DNA of 64,000 bases from Eledone cirrhosa (GCA_964016885.1 OZ024757.1:41230001-41294000); one strand, 5' to 3'. Numbered from the stretch's first letter, positions 34,090 to 53,440 are shown. Translations and numbers: made by a program. Notes: generated by a model not told the origin, from the letters alone.

Positions 34090-34426
34090 AATATATAAAT
34101 ATATATATATAAATATATATATATAAATATATATATATAAATATATATATATAAATATATATATATAAATATATATATATAAATATATATATATAAATAT
34201 ATATATATAAATATATATATATAAATATATATATATATAAATATATATATATATAAATATATATATATATAAATATATATATATATAAATATATATATAT
34301 ATAAATATATATATATATAAATATATATATATATAAATATATATATATATAAATATATATATATATAAATATATATATATATACGATATTAAATAAATGG
34401 AAACTATATTTATAAAACCATATTTA

Positions 34427-34488
34427 TTTCATTATATATATTTCAGGGATATCATATTAAAAATATGGTATGCCTTCATCAGACAAAA
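34427..34488 (-). ncRNA. Type I hammerhead with (UA) palindromic stem III
   Basis: UUUUGU-CUGAUGA-AGGCAUACCAUAUU(UUU)AAUAUGAUAUCCCU-GAAA-UAUAUA-UA/AUGAAA; stem II pairs 12/14; AATAAA follows. Confidence 0.75.
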
Positions 34489-34621
34489 TACAATATAAAC
34501 ATTCTTATAAATAGATAGATTTGACATACCTTACAACTTCAACTTCCATTTAAAAAGTTGATTTGCTTTATATCAGTTATAAATATTTACTCGTTGTAAC
34601 CCAACAATTTAAATAAAACTT

Positions 34622-34700
<79 letters not shown>

Positions 34701-34829
34701 GTAGTTCCACAATGGTTAGTTCACCATACCGAGAACAAATGTTTCACCTTATTAGGATCCTCAAACTCATCCCATGGACTGAGTTCTCTACTACTATGGA
34801 TATAACCCATCAGTGTTCTACTATATATA

Positions 34830-35356
34830 CATATATAGTACAATTATCTCTCTCTCTATATATATATAGTACAATTATCTCTCTCTATATATATATATAT
34901 AGTACAATTATCTCTCTCTCTATATATATATATATAGTACAATTATCTCTCTCTCTCTATATATATATATAGTACAATTATCTCTCTCTCTATATATATA
35001 TATATAGTACAATTATCTCTCTCTCTATATATATATATATAGTACAATTATCTCTCTCTCTCTATATATATATATAGTACAATTATCTCTCTCTCTATAT
35101 ATATATATATATATAGTACAATTATCTCTCTCTATATATATAGTACAATTATCTCTCTCTCTATATATATATAGTACAATTATCTCTCTCTCTATATATA
35201 TATATAGTACAATTATCTCTCTCTATATATATATATATAGTACAATTATCTAACTATATATATAGTACAATTATCTAACTATATATATAGTACAATTATC
35301 TATATAACTATATATATAGTACAATTATCTATATATATATATAGATAATTGTACTT
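34830..35356. repeat. Minisatellite of about 30 bp: AGTACAATTATC(TC)n(TA)n, last unit inverted
   Basis: Direct inspection. Confidence 0.95.
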
Positions 35357-36814
35357 CGGGAGGGAGGGTCATGCTGCCAATAGAAACACACGCATCTGTT
35401 TGTTTTCACTTCAAGTTTTGAGATAAAAAATTGTGCAAAACAAATTTAAAAACGAAGTATATATATATATATGTCTGTGTGAGTGTGTAAATGAATAATA
35501 GCCAAAATGTTTTGGTATAAAATGTATTGCGCCATAAAAACGTGTGTACCATAAACAAAATTCATTAACGTAAGTTCAATATAAAACGATCAAGAAATAA
35601 CCACTTACAGTTTATACAATCACATTCCTAATAAAATAGATATTTTCACACACAAAAAATGGGCAAAGGAGAATCATTAAACATTTTTTACGACAAATCT
35701 GATAAGTCAATGTTCGGAAATTTTAACTTTTTATGATTAGTTTTAGATTTTGTGATTTTTTTTTTTCCCAGAAAGAAAATTTATGGCTGCGAAATATCGA
35801 TTTGCTATTTAGGTAAAAGGCCAGCAATTTTTTTGTTTATGGAAAGGGAAAATTGATTATATCGACACCTATAGTTGATTGACAGGTATTGATTGGTATT
35901 TCATTTTATTGAACCTAGAAGGGTGAAAGGTAAAGTTGACCTCGGTGGGATTTGAACTCAGGGAGTATAAAGAAAGTGAATGTAAAGGGAGATGGTTACT
36001 TCTGACAGGACCTGCTGGAAGGAGTGTTTGAAGAGTCTCCCACTACACCACACTCTATCTCTCCCTCTCTTTGATGTCCATCTCTGTAATATATCTCAAA
36101 TTTTTTTTGGGTTTTTATCATTTTTTGCTCTGTTTTTAATTATAAAAAAAAAGAGGGGGGGTTGACCCTTGTATAATTTCCCTAATCTAAAGGTCAAGCA
36201 ACTTTGGCCAAAGGATGACCCCTTCATCTTTTTCCACATATCTTTCTTCTGCCCTTTACTTGGCTGTTCAACTGATCTTCTTATCATCATCATCATCAGT
36301 AACATCATCACCATCATCACCATCATCACCATCGTCAGCATCATTATCGTCACCATCATCATCATCCCCATCACTATCATCACCGTTGCCATGATTGCTT
36401 CTGACAAGAGCTACTGGGAGGAGTGTTTGAGAACTCTGCCCTCCTACGACCCTCTCAGGAATAAGTGGGAGAAGAAGAAGTAAAAAGATGATGAAGAAGG
36501 GCAACAAAAAAGAAGAAAAGAGGAAAATACGAAGAAGAAGAATATTTCCTGACCTTTCTTTCATCTGAACCCAAACTGTTTTTTAATGTTTTTTAAAGGT
36601 TTTGTTTTTCCAGAGTAGCCAATGATGGATCTTCTATGTGGTCAATTATCTTGCTAGATGTAGCAGCTAATTCTTCCTCAGGACACTTTATAAGTGTTTG
36701 AAACCCATCAAAAATCAAGTGAAGGGGGGGGGGGGATATCTGGTTGATCACAACTGAAATATCTTTGATGATCGATCTGTTTAATCAGGGATCATAAATC
36801 TACAAGTGGAGCAA

Positions 36815-37435
36815 TAACAACAAAGGTAACACCAACAACATCAACAACAACAACAACAATACCATCATAAACAAGAACACCAACAGCACCAACAGCACTA
36901 TCAGTTACACCAGCAATAGTAGCAATGGCAACAACAACATTAACAACAAAGGTAACATCAACACCATCATGAACAACACCACCACCACCAACTTAAACAA
37001 CACCACCATCACCATGAACAACAACACCACCACCAACATAAACAACAACACCACCACCACCAACATAAACACCACCACCATCATCATGAACACCACCACC
37101 ACCACCAACATAAACCACACCACCATCACCATGAACAACACCACCACCAACAACGACAACGACAACGACAACAACGACAACACCACCAACATAAACAACA
37201 ACACCACCATCACCATGAACAACAACAACAGCAACACCACCATCACCATGAACAACAATACCACCACCACCAACTTAAACACCACCACCATCACCATGAA
37301 CAACAACACCACCATCACCATGAACAACAACACCACCATCACCATGAACAACAACACCACCATCACCATGAACAACAACACCACCATCACCATGAACAAC
37401 AACAACAACAACAACACCATAAACAACAGCAGAAA
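36815..37435. repeat. (AAC/ACC)n low-complexity repeat with 27-bp subunits
   Basis: Direct inspection. Confidence 0.95.
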
Positions 37436-37736
37436 CTAAACTGTAATTTTGTTTCTAATTTTTGGCAAAACCAGCCGTAAAATCGCCCGGTATGCAAATG
37501 AGGCTAATCAGCCAATGTATACTTTACAGAATAGTATATATATTCTCAAATGTTGTAGTGAGTGATACACAAGAGAGATATACACAGTCTTGACAAAGGG
37601 CAATAACCCAGAAACAATATTATTGTTGATGGTTTCTTTCTGTCACTGCTAGAACAAAATGATGGTGATGGTTATCTAAACACATAACATAATGAGGCTG
37701 TTGGATTGTAAATGAATAAAATATTATTATTATTAG

Positions 37737-38107
37737 ATTGGCGCTGGATTGACAGTATCGGTAGAGGGTCGGACACCATGCTTTGACGTATAGAGTTACT
37801 CCCCTTGCCATTCTGAGTTCAAATCCCGCCAGGGTTAACTTTGCCTTTCATCCTTACGGGGTCGATAAAATAAAGTACCAGTAATGAACTGGGTAATTGC
37901 TGGCCTTGTGCCTAAAGTAGAAACAATTATTATTAGATTGGCAGAATCGGTAGAGTGTTAAATAAGATGTTTAGCAGCCAAGGTTAGCTTTGCTTTTCAT
38001 CCTTGGAGGGTCGATAAAATAAAATATCAGTAATGCACTGGAATCGATTTAATCAACTTTCCCCTCCCTCCAAATTACTGGCCTTATGCCTATAGTAGAA
38101 ACAATTA
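37737..38107 (+). mobile_element. Two tandem S1 SINE copies
   Basis: 37737-37930 full length and 37937-38107 internally deleted. Confidence 0.85.
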
Positions 38108-38666
38108 TTATTATTTGATATAAAACTCACAAATGCATTTATGTATCCACTATGCTGGAGCGACAAAGTAAATTTAATTTCGTTTTTATATATATATTGA
38201 TGTACACTTTAACACATACATTAATGATAAAAAATACACTGTATTCCCCCCATTCTATATATTGCTGACATTACAGAAAAATACGATATATTGTCTTCAC
38301 ACTAACATAAATATAAGTACACCAGCCTGCACATATACACACCTCTCTGTGTATATGTATATATATGCTCACAAGTTTATATATATATATGCACACAAGA
38401 AAAAAAAATATATATATATATATATGTATGCATATATACATATATATATATATCGTTTATATATCGTATATGTATATATATATCGTTTATATATCGTATA
38501 TGTATATATATATCGTTTATTTATTACTTTACTCCAGAAAAGTTATTTATTACTTGAGTTGTAGTCTGCTGCGATAAGTCTAATGAAATTAATATATGTC
38601 ACTGACTCAATGGAAATGAAGTGAATTCATCTGGATAACTGTACTTAGTTCTCTCTCTCTCTTTCA

Positions 38667-38787
<121 letters not shown>

Positions 38788-39073
38788 CAATAGGAGGTTT
38801 TTGTAGCTTCTTATGAAACTTTATATCATATTACAACTGTTTCAATATCGATCAGCTCAGGTTTGATCAGGTGTTCGGATCCCCACTCTTAATTGGCATC
38901 TCTTCTGATATGCGAGTTTATATGTTAGAATTCTTGTACATATTTTGCAGTGAGAATTTTTTAATTTTTTCGTGTTTGTTTCAAGCTAAAAATACTTTTA
39001 TATAATGTCCGTCTGTTTCATTAATAATTATTTTCAAAAGATTTAAAACTATTTACGCTGTTATTATTATTAT

Positions 39074-39300
39074 GGTGGATTGGCAGTATCGGTAGAGGTT
39101 TGGACGCCACGTTTTGCAGCATAGAGTTACGGCCCTTTAGTTTCTGAATTCAAATCCTGCTGTGGTTAACTTTGCCTTTTATCCTTATGGATGAAAGGCA
39201 AAGTTAACCTCGGTGGGATTTGAACTCAGATCGCCAAGGGACATAACTTTATGCTGGAAAGCATGGCACCTGACCCTCTACTGATACAGTCAATCCACCG
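39074..39300. mobile_element. Inverted pair of S1 SINE 5' halves
   Basis: Joined at ATCC-TTAT-GGAT (about 39181-39192). Confidence 0.85.
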
Positions 39301-39873
39301 TCCTTAAATAATACACAATAATAAAAACAATTAGCAATGGAAAAATATTAAATATAATAATATAAAATATAATAATAGTGATGATAATGATGATGATGAT
39401 GATAATGAAGATAATAAGTATGGTGATGAGTATGTGTTAACGAGCGTGTTGCCGCCAAGGCTGAAGAAACCGATAATGTGAAGAGAATCTACAGAACTGT
39501 AACAATGACTAACGATGGCAAGACATTAAATGTATTTAATCAATAAAGTAGTGATGCAGAAAAAGGTTCTGTGGAATCGGTGAAGCGTCGCAATAGAGCA
39601 GACTCCATTCCTACAATGGCCGTCTTCAATGTCTTTAGAATTATTGAAAGAATTGGAAGAATTACAGACCACATGTTATAAGTCTTGTGATATCTACGAA
39701 TAGATTTATGATATATCAAATATAATATTATACATATACACACATGTGTGTATAATGTCTGTATACATATATATATATACAAATATAAATATAAATATAT
39801 ATATATAATAATGAAATGAAGGCATTGGATATCAGATAGGAGCGATATGTATATATTTACGGGCGTGTGTGTT

Positions 39874-39914
<41 letters not shown>

Positions 39915-40089
39915 CACCTCCATTCTGATATATATATATAATATGGGAGGTGGTATATATATATATATATATATATACCACCTCCATTCTGATATATATA
40001 TATATATAATATGGGAGGTGGTATATATATATATATATATATATACCACCTCCATTCTGATATATATATATATATATAATATGGGAGGT

Positions 40090-40136
<47 letters not shown>

Positions 40137-40184
40137 ATGTATGTATGTATATGTATACCTCCACACATCTGTAAATATATATAT

Positions 40185-40215
<31 letters not shown>

Positions 40216-40309
40216 CACACATATCACGCACACACATATATATATATAATAATAATAATATCTATAGTTATATATACACTATATACAACTATAAACAGGA
40301 AAGGTCAGT

Positions 40310-44741
<4,432 letters not shown>

Positions 44742-45178
44742 CCTCTAAGAAGAAACAAGACATACTTTCAGATGTTTGTTTTCCTCACCTTGATTAACCA
44801 TAACAACAACAAAACATCAAAATGTTATAGAGAAGAATATGACCAAAGAAATGAGGAATCTTCCTTAATTAATAATTCAACTGTGGTAATTAAACTGACA
44901 AATACTTGAAACATCAAACGAGAAGAATTCATTTTCAGGTTGGGAAAAGAAAAATAGAAATAACCACCATATTTCTTTTTTGTTGTTCAAGATTCATGAA
45001 ACATTGCATAAGCCACTCTTGATATGTTGTTATTTTTTGTAATAACTGGTAGAGCGTTGGACAACATGATTTGTGGTATAGTGTTATGGCCCTTTATGAT
45101 TTGAGTTTTGAGTTCAAATCCCACCGAGATTATCTGGTTATCTTTGCCGTTCATCCTTCAGGGTTGATAAAATGAAGT

Positions 45179-45250
<72 letters not shown>

Positions 45251-45252
45251 AG

Positions 45253-46125
45253 TGAAGTCGTGTGGCTGAGTGGTTAGAGAATTGGATTCGTAATTGTGAG
45301 GTTGTCAGTTCGATTCCCAGACCGGGCGATGAGTTATGTCCTTGGGCAAGACACTTTATTTCACGTTGCTCCTTCTGCTTGGAGTTGTGACCGATAGATA
45401 GTATTAACAATTGTAAAGACCAATGGAAACATTGTTTCCGTGGTCCGATTTGATGAAAGTCGATCGTTCTTTTTATATATATGTATATGTGTGTATATGT
45501 GTGTGTATATGTGTGTGTATATGTATATATATGTGTGTGTGTATGTATATATATATGTGTGTGTGTATGTATATATATATATGTGTGTGTGTATGCAACA
45601 AAATTGTTGACCTTGTGCCTATATCGGGAACCATTGAAGGGCAGTAAGTTGATAGAGCATCAGACAACATTCTTTCTGGTGTATAGTTAATGTTGTTTAT
45701 GTTCTGAGTTCAAATCCGGCTGAGGCTGGCTTTGCCTTTCATCTGTGCAAGGGTCAATAAAATAAAGTACCAGTAATACACTGGGGTCAATTTAATCAAC
45801 TTTCCGCTCACCCAGTTACACTTCCATGTCTGTAGAGTTTATCTCAAACTGGCAGTGTCCCCGATACTATCTACTGGTCACAACTCCAGGTAAAATGAGC
45901 AAATAAAGTGAAATAAAGTGTCTTGCTCAAGGACACAACACATCACCTGGTCTGAGAATTGAACTCACAACCTCACGCTTGCAAATCCAACTCTCTAACG
46001 CAACAGCAAATAATGTGAAATAAAGTGTCTTGCTCAAGGACACAACACATCACCTGGTCCAAAAATTGAAATACCAACCTCATGATTGCAAATCCAACTC
46101 TCAGATCACTAAGCCATGCGCCTTC
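45253..46125. mobile_element. S2 and S1 SINE fragments
   Basis: S2 plus 45253-45375; S1 plus 45640-45810; two tandem S2 heads minus 45900-46125. Confidence 0.8.
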
Positions 46126-46613
46126 ACAGGAATATATGAAGACATGTTAAAAAGTATCAAAGAAATGCTCTAACTGGTCATGAATATATCATAGTATCTG
46201 AACTAAACTGAAAATAAACTAGAAAGGACCAGGAAGAGAGTGTATAAGAAGAGACAGCTTCTAACAGATTTATATAAATTGGAAAACAACTATCTTATAT
46301 ATATTAGTTGTTTCATCTACTTTTTGGAGGTTCTGATGTGTAATGATTAATGGTGAGAGTTCTCCTGTATTGCTTATATGTTTTTAGTATTACTTCAAAA
46401 GAGATAGATTATAAAAACATATATAGCGAGGACTAAAGAATTAATATTAAAATGTTAAAATGAAATAAAATAGTTAATTTGAGGACAAAAACTTGTTTGA
46501 ATTCAAAACATGAAACCTATATACACAGACATATACACTCGATATAGAAGTATGTTTGATGAGACGCATATATGATTTTTATATTTTTAAACCTATATAA
46601 AGTTTGAACTGGT

Positions 46614-47017
46614 ACTTCTCTGAATTGAGAGATTACAGCTCTGATACTATGGGCATGTGGTTAGAATATCTCAGAAAGAATTGCTGGACAGATTTGTAGC
46701 TTGAAGATCAGAAAGTCACTCCAGGTAGAGCCACTACTTCTCGAAATTGAGAGATCACAGCTCTGACACTATGGGCTTGTGCTTAGAATGTCTCAGGAAA
46801 GAAGGTGTAGCTCAGAGATCAGAGAGTCACTCCAGGTAGAGCTGCTACTTCTCTGAATTGAGAGATAACAGTTGCAATACTATGGGCCTGAGGAAAGAAT
46901 ATGTAGCTCGGAGATGAGAGAGTTACTTTAGGTAGACCCACTACTTCCCTGAATTGAGAAATCACACCTCTCATACTATGGGCTCGTGATTAGAATGTGT
47001 AGCTCGGAGATCAGAGA
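46614..47017. repeat. Diverged tandem repeat, 4 units of about 95-120 bp
   Basis: TACTTCTCTGAATTGAGAGAT..ACTATGGGC..GTAGCTC.GAGATCAGAGAGTCACTCCAGGTAGAGC at about 46614, 46735, 46846, 46942. Confidence 0.88.
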
Positions 47018-47700
47018 AATTGTGGTGTTTGCCGTATATGCTAACGTTTTGTGTATGAGCCCCACCACCACCAAAAAAAGAAAAAAACCTGAAGTGCCTC
47101 GGGGCCCTCAAAGTCTAAATACAACGCTGCCCCAATGACTGATTGCACCAGTTGTGGGAACTTGTGTGATTGATTGCATGTGTGATTGATTCTTATGAAA
47201 TCTTAAGGTGTAATTTAGAATATTATTCACTATAAGGTTAATAACCAGATCTTCTTTTAGCTAAACTTTTAACTGAAAGGTCAATTGCAATTAATGATAC
47301 CTGAACTGCTTCTGTAAGAGAGGCAATGAACATCGATGATCTGGTCTTGGGGTGGGTTATGAAGGTGAGAGGATAGTATTTACAAATAATTGCCCTGAGA
47401 TTTTATCCTAATATTCTAGTATGCTATAAAGCATTGTAATTAGAACTCTCATTTCTGGAGAAATTACTGTGGCAGGCCAGTAAAGTTGTCATTTCAAAGT
47501 AGTTTAGGGTTGATGTGACATAAGGTCACAAGAATACAATACATACAATAAGGACCAAAGATATGTTGTTGTAAACCAGACCGACACAAAAGGAAGAAGT
47601 TATAAAATTGGTCATAAATTCACTAATCTTAATTAGGAACACTCATTTGTTTAATTAACTATACATCCTACTTGTGAATCAATGTGTAAGTGGTTGAGTA

Positions 47701-47738
<38 letters not shown>

Positions 47739-47869
47739 TTATATATAGATATATATATTTGGCTGACTGAATATGCGTGCTTCTTTTTTCTCCCCACCCA
47801 ATTTATTTTCTCATTTTTCCTGTTCCTTCCTCTCATCACTCTTTACCTTCTATCTTCTATATCTAACTA

Positions 47870-47905
47870 TATTCTGATGAAGGACTAGTGTCTGAAACGT
47901 TAGGA
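47870..47905 (+). ncRNA. Family A minimal hammerhead (diverged)
   Basis: CUGAUGA-A-GGAC(UAGU)GUCU-GAAA-CG-UU/AGGA; weak stem I. Confidence 0.72.
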
Positions 47906-48033
47906 CTCTCTTCCTGCTGTTTCAAGCATGAAACTAATATAGTTTTTCATGTACTGTGCCGTTTGTTTTTGTTATTTCTGTTTACTTACCTTTTACACAT
48001 ACACACACATATATACATATATATGTATATATG

Positions 48034-48077
<44 letters not shown>

Positions 48078-48534
48078 CACCCTTCATGCTATTTGCAAGC
48101 TGTATCAACATTCTACAATATGTGACTAGACTGACCCCCATTGAATCACAGATACAGTTCGTCTTGTATCATCTTGTATACCTTTAACTTAACAACATAG
48201 TTCTCAGGGAGATTTAGTGTGACACAGTGTATGACAAGACCTGGCCTTTTATATTACAGGTACAGTCCATCGACTGGGACCTCAATTGAACTATTTAACC
48301 ACTTAACCCATTCCTGTGTCCACTCTCATTATACATTGATATTGTCTCATTTAAAATAACTAATTAAGAAAACTACAGCATATCTCTGATAATGGAGAGA
48401 TTCTAGTCACAATTTGGAATAGCTTGAAGGAAGCTAGCATAATGAATTAAGATGGGGAAAATATCATTTGAATAAAATCAATAATTTTTTTTTTTTCTTT
48501 TTTTCTTCAGAAAAAAACACAAAGAAAATTATCA

Positions 48535-49170
48535 TGTTTGATTTAACTTAGGCACAAGGCCAGCAATATTTGATTAAATAGACCCCCAAAACAACCCTTC
48601 TTATAATAATCGTTTCTAATTGTTTAGAAACAATAGAGGGAATGGACAGGTGATTAAATGGGCCCCAGAAAAGTCCTCCTTAAATTGATGTTTGTTTTAA
48701 CCAAGGCACAAGGCCAGAAATTTTAGGGAAGGGTGAAGTTGATTAAATCGACCCCTGAAAAACCCTTCTTAAATTAATAATTTTTAACTTAGGCACACGG
48801 TCGGGAATTTAGAAGGAAGGGAAAGTTGATTTAATTGACCCCAGTAAAATCCCTCTTATAATAATCATTTTTAACTTAAGCAAAAGGCCAGCAGTTTAGG
48901 GGATGGATAAAATTGATTTAAATCGATCCCAGAAAAATTCTTCTTAAATTAATGTCTTTTTTAACTTAGGAACAAGACCAGCAAGTTTGAGGATGGGCTG
49001 TTGATTAAATTGACCTCAGTACATTACTGGTACTTTATTTTACCGACCCTGTAAGAATGAAAGGTAAAGTTAAACACGGTGAGATTTGAACTCAGAATGT
49101 AAAGAGCTGTAATTAAATGCCATGATGCATGTTTTCTGACGCTCTACTGATCCTACTGCTAATCCACCAC
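48535..49170 (-). repeat. S1 SINE with tandemly amplified 3' tail of about 85-90 bp
   Basis: About 5-6 repeats of TTAACTTAGGCACAAGGCCAGCA..TTGATTAAATCGACCCC; head at 49020-49170. Confidence 0.85.
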
Positions 49171-49369
49171 CAACACCATTAGGTGAAGATACACCGACCC
49201 TCCCCTTTATTTTATGTCTGAGAAATGGGCAAATATCCAAACCCGTTTTATAAGCTGAGGCAGCTAATTATGATCACATGACGTATATAAGCCGACCCCC
49301 ACCACACATTTTACCATTGATTTTTTGTGGGGTGAGGTCACATATTCCTCAGCTTATATTTGAGTATAT

Positions 49370-49733
49370 CTGGCATCACGCAGTAATATAGAAGACCCAA
49401 CTTCCCACAGGTATAAGCCGAAGCTGAAGCATATAGACAATATACCACCACCCCGTCCCATTGCAAAGTGATCGTGGGGGTGTCACAACAAAAAAGCACC
49501 CAGTCCACACTGTAAAGTGGTCGTGTAGGCACCACGGTAAAAAAGCACCCAGTACTTACAGTAAATGAGGTTGGTGTTAGGAAAGGAATCCAGCTGAAGA
49601 AACCAAGCCAAAATCAGTTCCATATGAGCAAGACAAGGTCACCCAACCTGGCATTGCCTACAACAGGACAACCCGTCTAATCCATGCTAACGTGGAAGAA
49701 TCGATGTAAAATGGTGATGATGATGATGATGAT
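49370..49733 (+). mobile_element. RTE LINE 3' end inserted in a DNA-transposon terminus
   Basis: CTGGCATCACGCAGTAATA..., 3'UTR, (GAT)n; flanks resemble a Tigger/pogo-like TIR (CTCGGCTTATATTCGAGTATATACGG-TA). Confidence 0.8.
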
Positions 49734-50410
49734 ATGGTATACTTTCGGATCGTAAAATTTCCAAGATCGAGCTATTTTATAAGCTGAGGCAGCTAAGTAA
49801 CACATTATGTTGAGATGACATATATAAGCTGACATCCACTACACATTTTACCATGGACTTTTTGGAGGGGGATGGGGTCACATATTCCTCGGATTATATT
49901 TGGATATATACGGTATACTTTTGCATCGTAAAATTTCCAAGGTCAAGCTATTACTGAGAAAGCAGCATGGTATTGCATATTGACGAAGTTATTATTATGT
50001 CAACCTGATTATTGAGAAGTCAACAGTCTGCTGGCCTAGAAAGGTCACCAAATCATATTGTCACTTCTGACACATCATCTTAAGATCTTTAGTTTGTTTT
50101 ATACACCATAGCTAGAGTGTGTATATATATATAAATATATATTTATATTTGAGTGTGTGTATATATATCTATATTTATATATATATATACACACTTACAT
50201 ACATGTGTGTGTATGTGTGTATGTATATGTATATATATATTTATAACTGTGGTTATATATATATACACACACACACATATATATATATAATTATATATAT
50301 GAATAACTGTGGTTATATATATATATATATATATATATATAACCATAGTTATATATATATATGTATATATATAATATGAGATCAAAAGATGGTTAAAAGA
50401 GTTCCAAGTA

Positions 50411-50477
50411 TTTTATTATGCCCATTTCAAAAACAAATGTCATCATGAGATGATATCTGCGTTTTCATCAGTTAAAA
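50411..50477 (-). ncRNA. Type I hammerhead candidate with long stem II
   Basis: UUUUAA-CUGAUGA-AAACGCAGAU-AUCAU(CUC)AUGAU-GAC-AUUUGUUUUU-GAAA-UGGGCA-UA/AUAAAA. Confidence 0.68.
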
Positions 50478-50561
50478 TAGGGATACATGATATGAAGGTT
50501 AAAAAACACTTGTGAATAGTGAAGTTTTAAATCAACATATTAAATCCTACATATGTATATA

Positions 50562-50625
<64 letters not shown>

Positions 50626-50800
50626 ATATTCAAAATATTAATAAATATAGACATTCACATAATCAAAATATATTTTATTATATATATTTTGGGATCTTCT
50701 GAAACTTAATAAATATTTGCTCTACGGTTCTTATATATTTCATATACATTTAATCTTTATCGAGCCCTCTTTGGATTTTAGTCTTCAAATTTATTATTAT

Positions 50801-50868
<68 letters not shown>

Positions 50869-51622
50869 TATCTTTACATAATGTAATATATGTAATATTT
50901 ATCTTTACATAAGGTAAACCTATAATACACAGTTCAGGAATATCACCTACCTAATAAATTACCTCTGAAATATATTAATACAATTCAGATGTCCATGAAA
51001 TGCAAGTTGATCTTCCAATATACAAAACATTTATTCCATGTTGGAATCGAAAATTCTATATCTTGCACAATATAGAGTGAAAACGAAAGAGTGAAAAAAT
51101 AAATCTTGAAAATGCCTGCATAAAATCTATATGATTAGTGTATATATACATGTATGTATGTATATGTATATGTATATGTATATATGTATATATATATATG
51201 TGTGTGTCTATGTGTGTATATATATATATAAATGGGAATCTCTTAAAAATAAATATTACATGTGTGAGAATATATATATATACACACACCCAAAATTATA
51301 TATATATATGTGTGTGTCTTTATGTATATATATATATGCACACATATACACTCACATGTATGTATATATAAGTGTTAAGTTGGTTATTGAGTGTAAAATA
51401 ATCAGAGTATCATACATTGCTGACATCTATAGCAAAGTTTCACTTTGATGTAGGACTGATATAGATTTATCTTCCCCATTACATATTTACATATTTATAT
51501 TGTACTACAGTATTTTTTATTGTATTACAGTTTTTTCTCCAATTTTATACACATACACACATACAATACATATATATATACATATATATATGTATATATA
51601 TTTGCAAATGCACACATTTTTT

Positions 51623-51667
<45 letters not shown>

Positions 51668-51712
51668 ATCCAAATATATTTATGTATATACACATACGTA
51701 CATATCCCGCAC

Positions 51713-51775
<63 letters not shown>

Positions 51776-52016
51776 AATTTACATATATATGTATATATGT
51801 ATATGTATATATATATATGTATATGTATATATGTATATATATGTATATATATATATGTATATATATATATGTATATATATATATGTACATATATATGTAT
51901 ATATATGTATATGTATAGATTACATAAGATTAAGATTACATAACTATTAAGCTCTGTTACCTACATAGAGCACTCTTTTTTCCTGGGCTTTTCCGACGGA
52001 ATTACTTCATTCATAC

Positions 52017-52050
<34 letters not shown>

Positions 52051-52285
52051 GTATATATATATATATTTATATATATGTATATATATATATATATTTATAT
52101 ATGTATATATATATTTATATATATGTATATATATATATATATTTATATATATGTATATATATATATATTTATATATATGTATATATATATATATATATAT
52201 TTATATATGTGTATATATATATATATATATTTATATATATGCATATATATATATATATATGCATATATATATATATATATTTATA

Positions 52286-52316
<31 letters not shown>

Positions 52317-52321
52317 ATATG

Positions 52322-52352
<31 letters not shown>

Positions 52353-52453
52353 GTATATATATATATATTTATATATATATGTATATATATTTATATATAT
52401 GTATATATATATATATTTATATATATGTATATATATATATATTTATATATATG

Positions 52454-52486
<33 letters not shown>

Positions 52487-52487
52487 G

Positions 52488-52520
<33 letters not shown>

Positions 52521-52754
52521 GTATATATATATATCTATACACGCACACATATTTTGTTTTTTCCAATTTTGTTCCTCTGAGAACTCTCTAGATCCTACTT
52601 GACATGAAATATTTTTGTGATTTAATAATATTTATTATCAACAGAACTCTGTAGCAAATACAGAGAACCACACACTCTACCATTAACCAATTCCATACCA
52701 AAATGCCTGAAACAATGTTTGATTTTACAATAGAAATCTGTTTATTTTAAAATA

Positions 52755-53440
52755 GTAATAATGATAATGGAATTATTGTGTACAGTGCTAGGTGCACTAC
52801 AACTCATCAAAGGTGCATTTATAGTACATCGTATAATATACAAATATCAGGGAAGTGAATCGTGTATGAGTCAATATTAGGTGTAGTGTTGGCGAATCTC
52901 GGGAAGCATGAAGGTTTTAAAGGATGCAGTGTCTCGACAGCTAACAACTGATGCAGGTAGTTTGTTCCATGGAGGCTTTAAAGGATGCAGTGTCTCGACA
53001 GCTAACAACTGATGCAGGTAGTTTGTTCCATGAAGGTTTTAAAGGATGCAGTGTCTCGACAGCTAACAACTGATGCAGGTAGTTTGTTCCATGAAGGTTT
53101 TAAAGGATGCAGTGTCTCGACAGCTAACAACTGATGCAGGTAGTTTGTTCCATGGAGGTTTTGAAGGATGCAGTGTCTCGACAGCTAACAATTGATGTAT
53201 GTAGTTTGTTCCATGGCGGTTTTAAAGGATGCAGTGTCTCGACAGCTAACAACTGATGCAGGTAGTTTGTTCCATGGAAGTTTTGAAGGATGCAGTGTCT
53301 CGGCAGCTAACAACTGATGCAGGTAGTTTGTTCCATGCTTCCGGAACTCTGAGCGTGAAAAAATGTTTCCGAAAGTCATGAGAGCTTTGCTGATGTCTGA
53401 CCTTGTTGGCATGCCCACGTGTATTAGACATATGGAAATG
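52755..53440 (-). mobile_element. CR1/L2-like LINE 3' end with 7 x 61-bp internal tandem amplification
   Basis: TRGHANKVRHQQSSHDFRKHFFTLRVPEAWNKLPASVVSCRDTASFK, typical TRGH..FFxxRVxxxWNxLP terminus; repeats at 52905-53340. Confidence 0.9.

Noticed and set aside
47302-47304. In-frame TGA as selenocysteine
   Set aside because: No recognisable selenoprotein motif or SECIS, and the exon itself is unproven
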